From positions 62,806,001 through 62,870,000 of the forward strand of contig OX597823.1 in the NCBI GenBank assembly GCA_951406725.2: a DNA stretch of 64,000 bases, given 5' to 3'. Source of the stretch: Octopus vulgaris (lineage: Eukaryota). Both the position numbers and the translations under genes were made by a program. The notes below the pieces were generated by a model, which saw only the letters and a program-made list of their open reading frames with translations, was not told where the DNA came from and searched no databases. Of this stretch, positions 37,496 to 51,623 are shown piece after piece (the stretch's first letter is position 1; each line of letters starts with the position of its first letter).

Positions 37496-38622
37496 TAATT
37501 CCTTCCTAATACATTGAATGCTAATGTATCCTCAGCCTTATTCTTCCATTCCCACATATAATCATGCGTATGCCTGTATATTATTTCATTTGTTTATGTT
37601 CACTTTTATGTACCTGCATGGTTTAGGTGAGTACTTATTTGTGGTAGTATTTTATGGCTGGATGTTTTTTCTGTTGCTTACCTTTTAAACATTGACAAAT
37701 CAATAGTAAATGTTCTGATTTTCCAAGGCTGTCTGAACTAGGGGAACAAAAACGGATGACTAATACCATATATGTCAGTGCACAATAAGGAATTTGAACC
37801 TTAAAAATATCACCCCCAAACTAGAGGTCATCTTAAACACTATCCAAACCGTAACATGCTGTGGTTTAGTGTCACCAATGGTGGTAGAGAACAGCATTAA
37901 ACATTTGCATAGTTCCTATTGTCCTACGTAATGTCACTTCAGAAGCTGTTTGATATATATTATGGTAGGTAGTTGACAGTATTTGAATGAATTGGTCGAT
38001 TTTTTTAATAACCAAGACTATTGCTTACTAGTGTGCTTAACAGTATCATTCCACTGATTAGTGGGATGCTTGGCAAAGGACTTTTTGAGACATTAAACTA
38101 TTAGTGTATGAGGTAGAGTTCCAATAATATCATCTTTGTCACCAAGGAGAAACCATTATAATCTTGGTAATCTTATATCACAGTAGGCCATCTTTGTGTA
38201 AACTTTGTGAGCAGTAAAATGAATTTATGATAAGTAGGTTACAAGAGGGTTTTTTCTTTGTTTTTGCTCAATGTATTTTTAAAACCTGCTTCTGGTAAAA
38301 ACACTTGGCTGATAAGGACAATGCTCCAACAATTACAGAGATACTGGAACCTGCTTCACACACCTCTTAGACCTCTCAAGAGTGAAATATTGCCACGTAG
38401 TTTTATTCTGTGAGTATAGCTCAAGGAAATTCTGCAGTTGTCTCATATGCCCAATTAGCCTTATAAACTGATATATATGGTAAAGGATAAGTAAAGTTCA
38501 GTTCGTGTCTGTTGAAATCAAATTTATCTATTTCCAAACCTCCACCACTTTTGTTTCATCTACTTTAACTTATCACAAATTTAAATATTTTATGTTAATT
38601 AATTTTCTTGTTTTGTTTTTAG

Positions 38623-38703
38623 GAATCAAAAATTTGGCTGGTGGAATAGTGGACCAATGGATGAAAAAAATAAGGGAAAAGAGTAATCTCGATACTAGTA
38701 ATG
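38623..38703 (+). CDS. PPP1R10: PNUTS/PPP1R10-like exon (last helix of TFIIS-N domain)
   Basis: ttttgtttttag|GA ... AATG|gtaaga. In frame with the previous exon: GIKNLAGGIVDQWMKKIREKSNLDTSN (cf. L.KLA..LV..WM..IR). 81 nt, phase 1-1. Confidence 0.88.
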
Positions 38704-39959
38704 GTAAGAAGCATGAATGCCTCAGTCAGATTGTTAGCTGATCCAATAGAGACATTGGTTTTTGTTGGCAATTGAGACAATTTTTTTAATAATTTTTTTT
38801 TTACTTTCTAAGGGATTGATAATAGTTAGCTTCTATTTAAGCTAATAAGAGTAAGCATACACTGAAGGTTGGAACTGATTTGTATGGGTAGCTGAATGTA
38901 AAATTATAGATGGCTAAGATTTAGGAAAATGTAAGTTAATTCTAAATAGGTTTTATAGAGTCTGATGGAGGCATAGAAAACTACTGAATGTATGAAAAAA
39001 TTTGAAATTATTGATTAATTTGTACAAGGAACAAAATGGTTTCAATCTTGGGGTATAACTTTGTTGAGATTGTATTTCCTTACACACAACTTTATCAGTC
39101 CTTAGAATTTCTTTCTGTAAAAGTAATTATTAATCTGAAACATATAGATATATAATTTTGACCAATATGTTTTCTGTTTAATCCAAAGTATGAGTGCTTA
39201 ATCAATAATTTAAGGAATCTACACGTGTCTAAAAAAATGGGTAGCTATGATTTGTAGTTGGATATTTCTTTCCATGTAATGACTTAATCCAGATTACTAA
39301 CTGCAGATAGCATCTTTCTTAGAATCTCTCCAATGTGGTGATAAATATTAAGCCCAGCTTTTGTTTTGATTGCTAAAACCAAAATTCAGAGCAGTGGATT
39401 GGTAGAGTGGATAAGCATTGGAAAAGTTCCTTGCAGTATTTTTCCTGACTCGTTACAATCTCAGTTCAAATACCACTGAGGTCAGATTTGCCTGACATCT
39501 TTTCAAGGTTGATAAAATAAAGTACCAGTGATGTACTGGGCTTGATTTAATCTACTAACTCCTCTCCTTTTCTAAAAAAAAAAAAAAGAAAAGGAACTCT
39601 GGCTTTGCTTATGTTAGAAAGAATTATGAAAACCAAAGTCCCAAATTATAAAACCACAGAAGAGTCTATCCCCAGATAAAAATCTGGATTATACTGAGTT
39701 GGTATGATTGAAATACTAAAAGTTGAACTCTTGACAATTTGGAAAAGGTTTCCAGTTTTGGAAAGTTTCATTTCAATAAAACTTAATTCCAACATTCCTT
39801 CTATGGAAAGTAGTTACGAAGTTGTTAAGAAAATGTGGCCATTAAACAATGTTTAGGAATGGAAGTGGTAAGATAGTTACAGAGGAAATAAATTAGAAGG
39901 AGCAGAGAGAAGTGGGATGGAACAGGCAATCCTGGCATAAGTGAATTGAATCATGAGAA

Positions 39960-40515
39960 GGCATCTATATTATAATTTGACATTAGTAGAAAGAAGGCAT
40001 ATCTGCTACTGTGTTTCAGAAGGGAAAGACAGAGAGAGGAGTAGTAGGAGAGAGAGGCCATATCTATTGTTTAGCATTTGGGGACCCATGCCAGCATGGA
40101 GGGCAGATGTTAAACAATGATGATGATAATACCTATTACTGTTTGACATCAGCATAGAGGGCATATCTGTTACTCTTTGCCATTTGCCATTGCTGTTTGA
40201 CATTTATAGTGGACATATCTGTTGCTGTTTGGCATTTGGAAAGAGAGCATAACTGTTGCTATTTGGCATTTGCAGGAAAAGACATGCCTATTACTGTTTG
40301 ACATTTGGAGAGTGGAGACACCTATTACTGTTTGGCATTTGTGGGGAGGACACATGTACTACTGTTTGACATTTGCAGAGAAAGGACATAGCTGTTACTT
40401 TTTGACATATGGAAAAAGGACAACATATGTGTCACTCATTGAAAACCAAAGAGATTTACCTGTTACCACTTGACATTTGAAAAAATAGGATATACCTGTT
40501 AATGATTGATACTTG
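39960..40515. repeat. Degenerate ~33-36-bp minisatellite
   Basis: About a dozen units with core catatctgttnctgtttgrcattt(g) and purine-rich linkers. Confidence 0.75.
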
Positions 40516-42131
40516 GAAGTAGGTGGAAATATATAAATAAATATAAAAATATATAAGACTATGTAGAATTATTACTGGGAGTTTATCAAAGTTAAGTTTT
40601 ACTAGAGCAGAGTGGCTGGGTGCAAAGGTCACCATTTGACCTGTGTTAATGTGGCACCAAGATGATGTTAACCTGGGAACATTGAGAGAGACTAAATGCT
40701 TCAGATTCGTACATTGTATGCACTAAATGTTATTCTACCCTACATATTATAAGGTAAAACAAGAGTTTGGATGATGTATTTAAATTACGCCAAAGGTTAA
40801 GAATGCTTGTGGTAAAGTGGATATTGACTTAGACTTATAATATGGTGGGTGTAGATCCTAAAAAGTTGGGAGTGGTAGTGATAAATGTACATAGTGCAGG
40901 TATAGAACTGTGAAAAAAAGTCTTAGTGTGACTCAATTTGATCACCATCTTTATTGTCATCATCGTTTTTACATCCATTTTCCTATCTTGGCATGAGTTA
41001 GATGAAACTTGTTGAAGCAAATTTTTCTATGATCGATTAGCTACTCTTCTTCTCACCAACCATTACCAGTTTTTTTTCTTCTGGAAATGATGGAAATTTT
41101 CCTTATCAAAGAATGTAACTGTTTCACTCGGGTGGTGTTTATGAGAACATGATGTGTGTGCATGCACAAACATACTCGTGGAGGATGAACCTCTTCTTAA
41201 TTTATGCTGCCCAGTTCCATTCATATGATATTGGCCATCTTGATACTTTAGCTGTTGTTTGCCCAAGATGTCATTGTGGGACTAGACCTGGAACCATGTG
41301 ATTGTAAAGCAAACTTCATTACCACATAGCCATGCCTGTGAATTAAAAGAAATGGACCTCACTAATGAGAGAGAGAGAGAGTAAGATATTACTCTCCACC
41401 CAACCATGTCAGCTTGAGAAAATTGATGTTAAACTGTTACAATGGTAATAGGGTGTCAGATGTTAATTATTCTGGATGAATACTTTGGTAAAAACACAAA
41501 GGCTGAATATTAAGTTAAGCTACTAATAAAATGAGATCTGATGTTATGTTAGAAATTTTGATCGATGGTAGTATGTCATCATTATCTAGGTCAACTCTAA
41601 TCAGTCAAGCATACAGTCAAAAGCATGATTTTCACTTCTTCATAGATTGTGTACCTGAGCCTACACAACCCACAATCTCCTTTCTTCCTTTTAAAATGGT
41701 AGGGTGTAATTTGAGGGTGATGTAGCTATTTCTTGCAAGTTGAGCAACTGTGTTGAGATTCTCTTGTTAGCTTGTGGTAACGTTAGATAGAGATTGGAGG
41801 TAATTTGAGTGAAGGGTTTGCTAGTCAGCTGAGGCAAGTACTATATCTTTGTTCAGTGAGGGTTTCCAATCTGGAGACAGTTTGTGGCAGAGAAAACTTT
41901 TCTTATTTACCTCTGCCAATTGTTGAACTTCCTTAAATTATTAACTCTATTTGTATACTTTTGGCCAAAATTGTAGGACGTAAAGGTAAAATAATAAGCA
42001 AAATTCGAGAGGTTAACCAAAATATTTTAGGGTATTATCCAAATGGTATGGGTTAATGAAAACGGCTTGGACTCCAAAATCATGAGATGTTCACCAAAAT
42101 GGCTTTGATTGTAAATCTAGATGGTTTAGAT

Positions 42132-42381
42132 CAGTATTTCTCAACTAGTTTTTACCTATTGACCTCTTTGATTGCTATTTTACTTGGCTGGAACCCCATA
42201 CTTATTCAATGCTTTAAAAAACCATTTTTTCCTTATAATTAAATAGTATTAGGAATTGTATAAAAAGAATTGTAAAAATATTTTATTATAGAAATATAAT
42301 CAATTTATTGCACATAAACTTTAACAACAAAATCTTATGTGGACCCCCAAAGGTCATATGGTCGCAGGTTGAGAACCACTG
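42132..42381. mobile_element. hAT (Charlie-type) MITE
   Basis: TIRs cagtatttctcaac / gttgagaaccactg; imperfect 8-bp TSD gtttagat / gtttaaac. Confidence 0.65.
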
Positions 42382-43706
42382 GTTTAAACTATAAACAAAT
42401 GGTTTGGGATGTTAACTAAAATAATTTATGTTTGACAAGAATCCCTCCTCTTTTAAGATCTGATTAAGTCTTCATCAATCTTCATATTGACTAATTGGTC
42501 AATCACCTTAAGGCAGGAAATTGGTAGAGCCATTAGAGTATCTGATAAAATATCTTGTAGTATTTAGCCCACCTCTCTGTGCTTTTAGTTTAGCTCATGC
42601 CAAGGTCAACTTTACCTTTCATCCTTTTAGGGTCAGTATAAAAAATGTGCTGGTCCAAGGCTGTGAATTGTTGTAATTGTAAGAACATTTGTTCCAATTC
42701 CCAGTGTTTTTACAGCAACATCACTTGTACCAAGCTGTATTGGACTTGTCTTTCTCTTGGATGACAATGGTAAGAAGAGGGTAGACTTGTATGCATGGAC
42801 AACTTCTAGTTTTCCACAAAAGACTTTGTCCAAGCTTCCATTTTAGAGTGGAGAATTTATTAGGTGTAGATACTTAGACTGCCTGTAACAAATGACAAGG
42901 ACCAAAAGTCAGTTAATCTTAAAACATCAGATATTTTTCATGTCATTTCATTATAACTGCTAAATATTTTGTAGTAAATGTCAGAACTTCTCATTGTACA
43001 TTTGCCATCTTAATTATTCCAATGTAAGTAAGCATTTATTGTAGGATATCAAATGATGCAACAAGCTTTTACTGCAAAATATTTTCCTTGAAATGAATAT
43101 TTTGCTTATTTTGGCTATGTCGAGAAATATAAGTTAAAAAACAAAAAAACTCTTGAAACCCTATCAACATTTAAAACTCTGTGTGTGCGTGTGTGTGTGT
43201 GTGTGTATATATTCACATACATACATGTATATGTATACACACACAAACAACAACACCTTTATAAATAGGCAAAGATGTGGCTGTGTGGTAAGAAGTTTGA
43301 TCCACAACCACATGGTTCTGGGTTTAATCCCACTGCATGCAACAAGGGCAAGTGTCTTCTATCATAGCCCAAATAAACTTGTTTGAGTGGATTTGGTAGA
43401 GAGAAACTGAAAGAAGACTGCTGTGTGTGAATGAGTGTCTTATGTTTGTGTCTCCTTGTGTTGACATGGTGTAATAGTTGCAAAATGATTGTCACCATCA
43501 TACAAGTGGTGTCATTCATTTCCACTATTCTGGGCTTGTTGAAATATTAAGCTTGCTTGGAAAGAGTTGAGGGTTGGTGACAGGAAAGGCATCTAGCCAT
43601 AGAAAATCTGCCTCAGCATACTCCATCCAGCCCATGCGAGAATAGTAAAGTGAACGTTAAAATGAATATATAAATATAAATATGTATATATATGCATGTG
43701 TGCACG

Positions 43707-43752
<46 letters not shown>

Positions 43753-46681
43753 AGTGAATTGGCAATGCCTTGCAGTATTTATCCTTGTTCTCTAAGCTGG
43801 GGGTCAGCTCTGCATTACACTGATGAAAAGTACCAACCCAAGTGTACTGCAGTGGTGGGATTCTTAGAATTGGATGGGATGCCTTGTGCTGCTTGTGCAT
43901 TCTAGTTTTGATGGTAACATCTGTGACAACATTGATGTTGTAGGGAACAAGAGACTTGGCTTACATGGGCAACTGTTAGTCTTCTACAAGAAATAAAAAA
44001 ACCTTTCTCAGGCCTGCACCTTAGAAAGGATCTTTCTAGGTGAACTTTACTTCTAGAATAGACAACAAATGCCATTGATGTGTGTGTGTGTGTGGCCATG
44101 AAGAAATGGAAGAAAAAGTATTTGATACCAAAATAGTCTAGTTTATTTTGGCTTATCCAATGAAGGCACATGGCTGAGTGGTTAGGTTAGAGGCTCATGA
44201 GTTCAATACCTGGTAGCATACTGTGTCCTTAAGCAAGATACTTTATTTCATGTTGCTCCAGTCCACTCAGCTTGTTGAAATGAGTAGCATCTGTATTTCA
44301 AAGAACCAGCCATGTTACACTCTGTGTCATGCTGAATCTCTCTGAGAACTGTAGTAAGGGTACACGTTTGTGGAGTGCTCAGCTGCTTATACGTTAATTT
44401 CAAGAGCAGGCTGTTCCATTGTTCAAATCAACTGGAACCCTTGTTGCAACTTATGGAGTGCCAGTTATCCAGCCTCTTGTCATTCTGGAATTTCTCTGGT
44501 GTCCCATGAGCAGAAAAATATTGAGTATCACCAAAAGACTATTCGTCTTGGACAAGTGATCTGTGATTGACAAGATGGTCAGGCTGTAGCTGATAAACTA
44601 TTGTGCATAAGTACCTGCCTCATACACACAGACATGTGCACATATGTGTGTGTGTATGTGTGTGATGGTAGTTCACTTACAGCCCAACCATTTAGTCAGT
44701 TGCATGTACTTATCAAGCAAATACTCATTAATTGTTATTTGTTTTCTTGTAAGAGGAAACTCCAGAATGCTTGCTACTGGATGAGCTGTGTAGCTAAGAA
44801 GCTCCAGTTCAGCCCCACTGCATGGCACTTTCAGCATGTGCCCTCTCTTATAGCTCCCAGTTGACCAATGCTTTGTGAGTGAATTTGGTAGTTGGAAACT
44901 GTGTGGAAGCTTGTTGTATTCCAGTGTCTGTCTGTTTGCCTTCTTGTGTTTGTTCTCCCTTCACCATTTAATAATCAGTGCTGCTTTATGTCCTTGTAAG
45001 TTAGTGGTCCAGCAAAAGAGATCAAAAGAACAAGTACCAAAACTTAAAAAAAAAAAAACAGGGAAAAAGAATACACTGGAGTCAGTTTGTTCAACGAAAC
45101 CTTTCAAGGGGGTGTTTATATATTTTCACACATATCACATGATCATGTGACCAACCAGGCTGCCAGATGTTATTACACACCACTGGTCACAATGCTCTTG
45201 CATTGTTTTAGCTTTCAAATGATGCCATCCTGCTGGCTAGGTGAGCAGGTCGACTTTCCCCACTGATCAAAGAGGGGACTGGAGCAACTTGAAATGAAGT
45301 GTATTGCTTAAGAACACAATGTACTCTCCTGTCAGGGAATCGAACCCGCGATTGTGAATGCAACAGCTTAACCACTAGGTCACTCACCTTCACATTTACA
45401 CACACACACCTTTTAGCTTTTAGTTGAATGAGTCAACCCCAGCGCTTCTTTTTAAGAAGTAGAACTTATTCTGTCAGTCTCTTTTGCTGAACTGCTAAGT
45501 TATGGAGACACAAACACACCAACATTGGTTGTCAAATGGTGGTGGTGGTGGTGGGGACAAACACAGACAAAAGGACACACACAATAGACACACATACATA
45601 CATACATGTGTGCGCGTGCACACACAGACATGAAGGCTTCTTTCAGTTTCCATCTACTAAGTCCACTCACAAGGTATTGGTTGGTCTGAGTCTTTGGTAG
45701 AAGACACTTACCCAAGCTGCCACGCAGTGGGATTGAACCCAGAACCATGTAGTTGGGAAGCAAGCTTCTTACACTGCCATGTCTGTGCCTGTAAAACCAT
45801 GCTGATATATGTATGTATATGATGAGGAATTATTAAGTTTATCCTAAAGAATTACAAGATTGTATAACCTTTAGATTAATTGCATATAACAAGTTTCATT
45901 GTAAAATGTTGATTTACATAAAAAAGCATGAAATAAAAATATAGATTGATGGACTGGGACAGTTTTAAGTAAGAAAATATTTTGGTATTAGATAAATCAG
46001 AGATGAAAAAACTGCTGGTTTGTATTTAAGAAAGAAAAAAAATCTATTTTCATATTGAATTAGTGAACAATTTAATTTATTGGTTATTAGTTTGTAAGAG
46101 ACCAATCACTGGTTCATTGCATTTCTGATGATGAGAGTGATAAGGGAGTGCCTGTAACCAGCTGCAGAATAAATATTGCAATGGACTTGATTCTAAAAGC
46201 ACTGAGTTTTTTTTTATGTCTTGCAGTGTTGTCATCTTTCAGTATACATTGTCGAAAGACACTCACATGTGCATAATGGGCTTTTGCTTTGTTTGTGCCA
46301 GCCAAAATTCTATTTACATGTTTATGGAAGAAAACATTTGGCCAACATACTGTGTAGTGGAATTGAACCTGGAACCACATGGTTGAGAATTGACTTTCTT
46401 AACCTCACAGCCATGAGATCAAGTCTTTATCACTGGTCCAATGTATACTTATTATAGTTTTATTTTTGCTATTTTCTTACTATGTCAGTTATTCTTTTAT
46501 TTGTTTGAGTCATTAGACTGTGGCCATGCTGGGGCACCACCTTTAAAAGTTTTAGTTGAATGAATCAACTGCAGTATTTTTTTTTTAAACCTAGTACTTA
46601 TTCTATCAGTCTCTTTTGCCAAAACTCTAAGTTATGGACATGCACACACATACATACATACATACATACACACACACATAA

Positions 46682-46717
<36 letters not shown>

Positions 46718-49700
46718 GACATACACACATGCACACACTAGGCTTCTTTCAGTTTCCATGTCCCAGATCCACTCACAAAGCTTTGGTTGGCTCAAGTCTA
46801 TAGTAGAAGACACTTGTGTAAGGTCACATGTCATGGGACTGAACCCAGAGCCATGTGGTTGGGAAGTAAGCTCCTTACCACACAGCCACTCCTATGCCTG
46901 CATAGGAGTATGTTTATTATACAAAATGTCAAACTGAAGAGATTCTAAAAAAAAAAAAACTATCTTTTTTTCTCTTTCATACATAAACCATTTTCTCTGA
47001 AGAAATTAGGTTCAGGAAAGAGTGTTAGATTCTGTCATTCCACAGTATTAGCAATTCCTGTGAAAATGTGGAGGGATGGAAACCCAGTCCAACATTATTG
47101 AAACACTGTAATGAACCAAATGCATTGTATCTTAACCCTTCCTTGATTACATTTCCAATGAAATACACTTCGTATCTTTTTTTTGTTAAGCTTGGAAAGC
47201 ATTTCAAGACTTTGAAGAGATTTAGTAAAAATAAGAAACTCTCTCATTATTAAATAGGTGTTTCAAGGGTAGTGGAATTGTAGAATTGTTAGAGCACAAG
47301 ACAAAATACTTTGCTGTATTTCTTTTGGTTTTTTATGTTCAAATCACGCTGAGGTCACCTTTATCTTTGATTCCTCCAGGGCTGATAAAATAAAGTAGTA
47401 GTCTAGTACTTGGGTCAATGTAAAAAGATTGCTAGGCCTTGTATCTAAATTGTAAACCTAATGTCATTGTGGTGTTTGAAGCATAACTTCAACTGCTAAG
47501 TTAATAATTTAAATATAGAACATTTAAAACTAGGCAACTTTGTATCATATTGGTTTCAGGCAGGTCAGGACTAGAAAGGTTGTAAAGAAATAAAACTAGT
47601 ATAATCTTGAAGGAAGGAAAGTATTAGTACTTGTGTTGTAGAATTTACCATGGTGAGGGCTAAGGTAGCAGATTTTATTGTGTTGTAAATCTAAATTGGT
47701 AAGTATTGTATAATTGTCATGTAATATTTAGACTGATCTGCGGGGAAACAGAAAATAGGCATAAATATTTCTTTCACTAGAAGAGAAAAAAATAGTTTAT
47801 GACCAGTACTTTAGAACACTGGTTCTTAAACTGACAAGTACCAGGTCCATCCTAATGTAGTAGGGAAGTATTTTGGCACCCCTTCCCCCTTTTTGCTAAT
47901 TATATGACAAAATAGATTTTTGCATCTATATAATTCTCCTTCAAGCACATCATCACCACCACCACCACCATCATTTAATGTCTGTTTTCCATGCTGGCAT
48001 GAAGTGGATGGTTTGATAGGAGCTGGCAAAGTCAGGAACCATATCGGGTTCCATAGTCTGTTTTGGTTTGGTTTCTACAGCTTGATACCCTTCCTAATGC
48101 CAACCATTTTACAGAGTGTACTGGGTGTTTTTTACATGGCACCAGCATCAGCAGCTAAGGATATTAGAAACCATCTTAATTATATTTAATGTAGCAGTTG
48201 TCCTCCAGCTTTTCGATCCTTATAGTTCTCCCTGTCTCATGAGAAGTACTGTTCTAGGGAATATAAAAGAAGAAAGCAAGTTTGCCTTTAGTTATGGCAT
48301 TTTTCAGTAGAAAGATGGAATAAATTTGAAGATGTCTATTAGATTGTTTTAATATCTTTGCCAGAGCATATAGCATTTTAATTATAGACATTGGTCGGTA
48401 AGGATTTAGGTCTGGGAATACTATTAGAACAAGTGCTGAGAAAACTTCTTTCACTGTTATCATTATTAAGAGCTTCTGTTCAAATTAATTGATGCTAAAT
48501 CACTTGGTACATTATCATTTGATATGTCAAGAAGTACTGTATGTTCTACATTTGAAACTTGTCATTGTTAATAAAATATATTAACGGTTGCATACTTAAA
48601 CAAAAGAACTTGTCAGGTAAGTAGTATCAGTGGTGTCCTGAAACTAAACTGTGCTGGTCCCAAGTCAGATCTCTGTAACATGCCTCTGCAAATGGTGTAA
48701 CTAATACATTATGCTTGCAGTTACTCATTGCTTCTTGATAGTCGGTTATCATTCGAGTTGCTTGCTTCTCTTGTAACATCAGGATGGTGGTGGGATGAGT
48801 GTGACATATAATTGGATAAACTAAAACCTAAATACAAAGCTATTATAGTGGATGAAGAATGAAAGTATTTGATTTTCTTTGTACTTTAAAGAAAAAATGT
48901 AAAGATTTATTCTTGAGTACTTCTTGAGAACTTCATTTCTACTCCTTGTATTTGAACCTCATCAAAACTCCTAGTTTCGTCTTCTCTAGTGGTGGTTGTA
49001 GTTTTAAAGTGTTATCTCCTCAGTTTGTCAGTTTATTTCATCTTCTAACCATAGATTTTTTTTGCTGTTGTTTGTAATCAGTTTCACTAGTTAAGACTTC
49101 TATTAATTTTGAGAAACTGACTGGGCAGCCAACAGGTGTAGACAAAAGCGGGTTTTTATCCATATATGTAAAAGTATGAAACTGAGTGAAAAAGCTCCAT
49201 AAATAAAAGCAGTAGAGAACATTACAAATTACAAATTCGTGGAAAAAAATGTGGGGTGCAAAGGATGTAGTTCAACAAACCATACAAAACCAAGCTCCAC
49301 AAATATTAGAGCATCATAAAAAAAATGTAATCTGATCCATGATTGCATTAAAAAGTATGCTAAAGCATGGATGATACCCTGCTTTGCTTTTATTAGAACT
49401 AAAGTAATTATATTTCATACCATTTCAACAAATGGTATATGAAACTGTTAATATACCTAGCAGGTGTCTATGGTAACCTGTATAAAAATTATGAAAAGAA
49501 ATTTTTTGTCAGTATACACAGAACACATCTGGAACCTTAATTTATGTGTTACCATTTCTTTCTATTTCCTCTCAGACTTTTTGGCAATGAAATTATCTCC
49601 ACTCTTGCAAATTTTGGCTTTTGCTCAAAACTGCATCAGCAGTAAGCATTTTTCTATCATAAAGATATTTCTAGAAATTATTCATTCTAATACTGTCTCT

Positions 49701-49970
49701 AGATCATTCTTCACTGAGGTGTACCATGTTTTATATTTTTAAAAATAACCAGTTCTATTTTACATGGTGCAACATGTTCCCTCAGTCTAAAGTAGTTTAT
49801 ATAGATTGTCATTAAGGTAAAAGCTTTTGTATAATGGTTTTGTCTTGTGTGATTGATTATATTTAAGTTCTTGGAATGTAAAAATCGGTTGCTTATTTGG
49901 AAATTGGGTATCGTGCTTTGATTTAGGGATTTTACTCTGGATGAAAGCATAAACTCCTCTCACACTGTCT

Positions 49971-50198
49971 TTAACTTTAGCATTTAATCCAGCCATATCT
50001 AGCTCAAGCAGTCTACCTCTTTTATGTTCAGAATGATCTGATCTGGCCTCTCATTCTTGTTCTACAATGTCATTCTAAACATAAACAATCACATCATTGA
50101 AAGTTTAAAACTACAAGATAGTGCATGAGTAATTGAAAATGATGTGAATATTTATTCACATTACATTTGACTGAGTAATCTGAATGTTGAAGGGTTAA
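49971..50198. mobile_element. TTAA-flanked piggyBac-like MITE
   Basis: Homolog of 25583-25796; ends catttgactgagtaatctgaatgttgaagggttaa. Confidence 0.6.
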
Positions 50199-50399
50199 AG
50201 TGGTGAGCACATTCTAAATTCTAGGACTAAATGCTTACAATTAAGCAGGAATGGCCATAATTAAGATTTAATGAAGTGTTTACTGAAACAACACAAACTC
50301 AGATTTAGGGACATGTGACAATAGATACTTAGATTTAGGTACCTTCTGATGGGTGTTTTGTTGGTTTTGAGACATGTAATATTTGGAGGATTTTAGTTT

Positions 50400-50791
50400 T
50401 TTTTCATTCCCCTAATTGATCAGAACCTATAAATTAATCAAGGAGGATTAAATTAATTTAGGAGGAAAACATCATCTACATGTCACTAAGCTCTGTTTTG
50501 CTCACTGACAATCCAAGATCAGAAACTGTGACAGTTAAAACCAAAATGCTGATAAATTAATCAGTTTCACTAGCATTCTTACCATGCTTCCATGATGGAC
50601 CATATAAAGCTGTATAATTTATGAACCACATAATTTATCAGCTTTTGGTTTTAACTGTCATTGTTTCTGATCTTGGATTATCATCTAGTAAAATAGAGAG
50701 TTTAGTGAAATGTAGTTGATTCTTTCCTCCTGAATTAATTTAATTGTCCTTGATTAATTTATATGTTCTGATCAAACAGAGGAATGAAAAA
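50400..50791. repeat. Imperfect foldback (~160-bp inverted arms, ~70-bp spacer)
   Basis: ttttcattcc..tgatcagaac..aaattaatcaagga..aatccaagatcagaaac..tgacagttaaaaccaaaa..gctgataaatta is mirrored in 50632-50791. Confidence 0.85.
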
Positions 50792-51013
50792 TACAATAAT
50801 GTAAATTCTCACTATTTAAGAAAGGTAAGTTTATTGAAAACTGTGTACTTTTTAAATGTAGTTGTAAGAATAATAAAATCGTGTATGTAGGAAATTGTTC
50901 CAAAATTTCTCACCATCTTTTTTTAATCCCTTACTCAAATTTTTAATTTTGTATTTTGTTTTACTGGTGGAGTTGAACTTGAGACAATAAAAGTTTTGTT
51001 GTTTTTCTTACAG

Positions 51014-51277
51014 ATAAGTCTCTGAAGAAGAAGAAGAAGAAGCATAAAGAAGAGAAAGTGAAAGTAGAATGCAAAGAGAAAAAAGATGAAGAGTGTAATA
51101 ATAATAAAAAGCGGGAGGTTCCTAGCAAAGATGAGCCTCCTCCACCTGAGAGTATGGACTCGGAACAGTCTGTGATGGATAATAAATTTATAAATAAGGT
51201 GCCTGATAAAGCACCAAAGGAAGAGAGAAAACGACCTAACACTGTAAAATCCTACCCCTCCAAATTTAGGTCAACAG
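51014..51277 (+). CDS. PPP1R10: PNUTS/PPP1R10-like exon (Lys/Glu-rich region ending in KFRST)
   Basis: tttttcttacag|AT ... ACAG|gtgggt. Encodes DKSLKKKKKKHKEEKVKVECKEKKDEE...KRPNTVKSYPSKFRST. 264 nt, phase 1-1; overlaps ORF 51058..51285. Confidence 0.86.
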
Positions 51278-51539
51278 GTGGGTAAATTTTTTAGTGACAC
51301 TTAACTGTGTCTCCGCCAACTTTCAACTATTAAATTCCCTGATATTGAAACGCCTGTTTCGAGGATATGTCCTCATAAATGGTTTCCCATCAAAGGGTAT
51401 GGAGTTGAGAACTGCTCACAGCGCTGGGGCCAGTGAAGGGAGCACTCTTGCCATTGTTGTTAGGCAACATTGACCAGCATTTATGTGTATGTGTGTGTAT
51501 ATATATATGTGTATATATATGTATATATATATGTATATA

Positions 51540-51623
<84 letters not shown>

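Noticed and set aside
39960-40515. CRISPR-like repeat/spacer appearance
   Set aside because: The repeats are degenerate, the linkers are short and similar to each other, there are no cas genes, and the context is a eukaryotic intron.
51330-51480. GC-richer intronic segment considered as a snoRNA
   Set aside because: No properly placed C/D (RUGAUGA/CUGA with terminal stem) or H/ACA architecture recognised.
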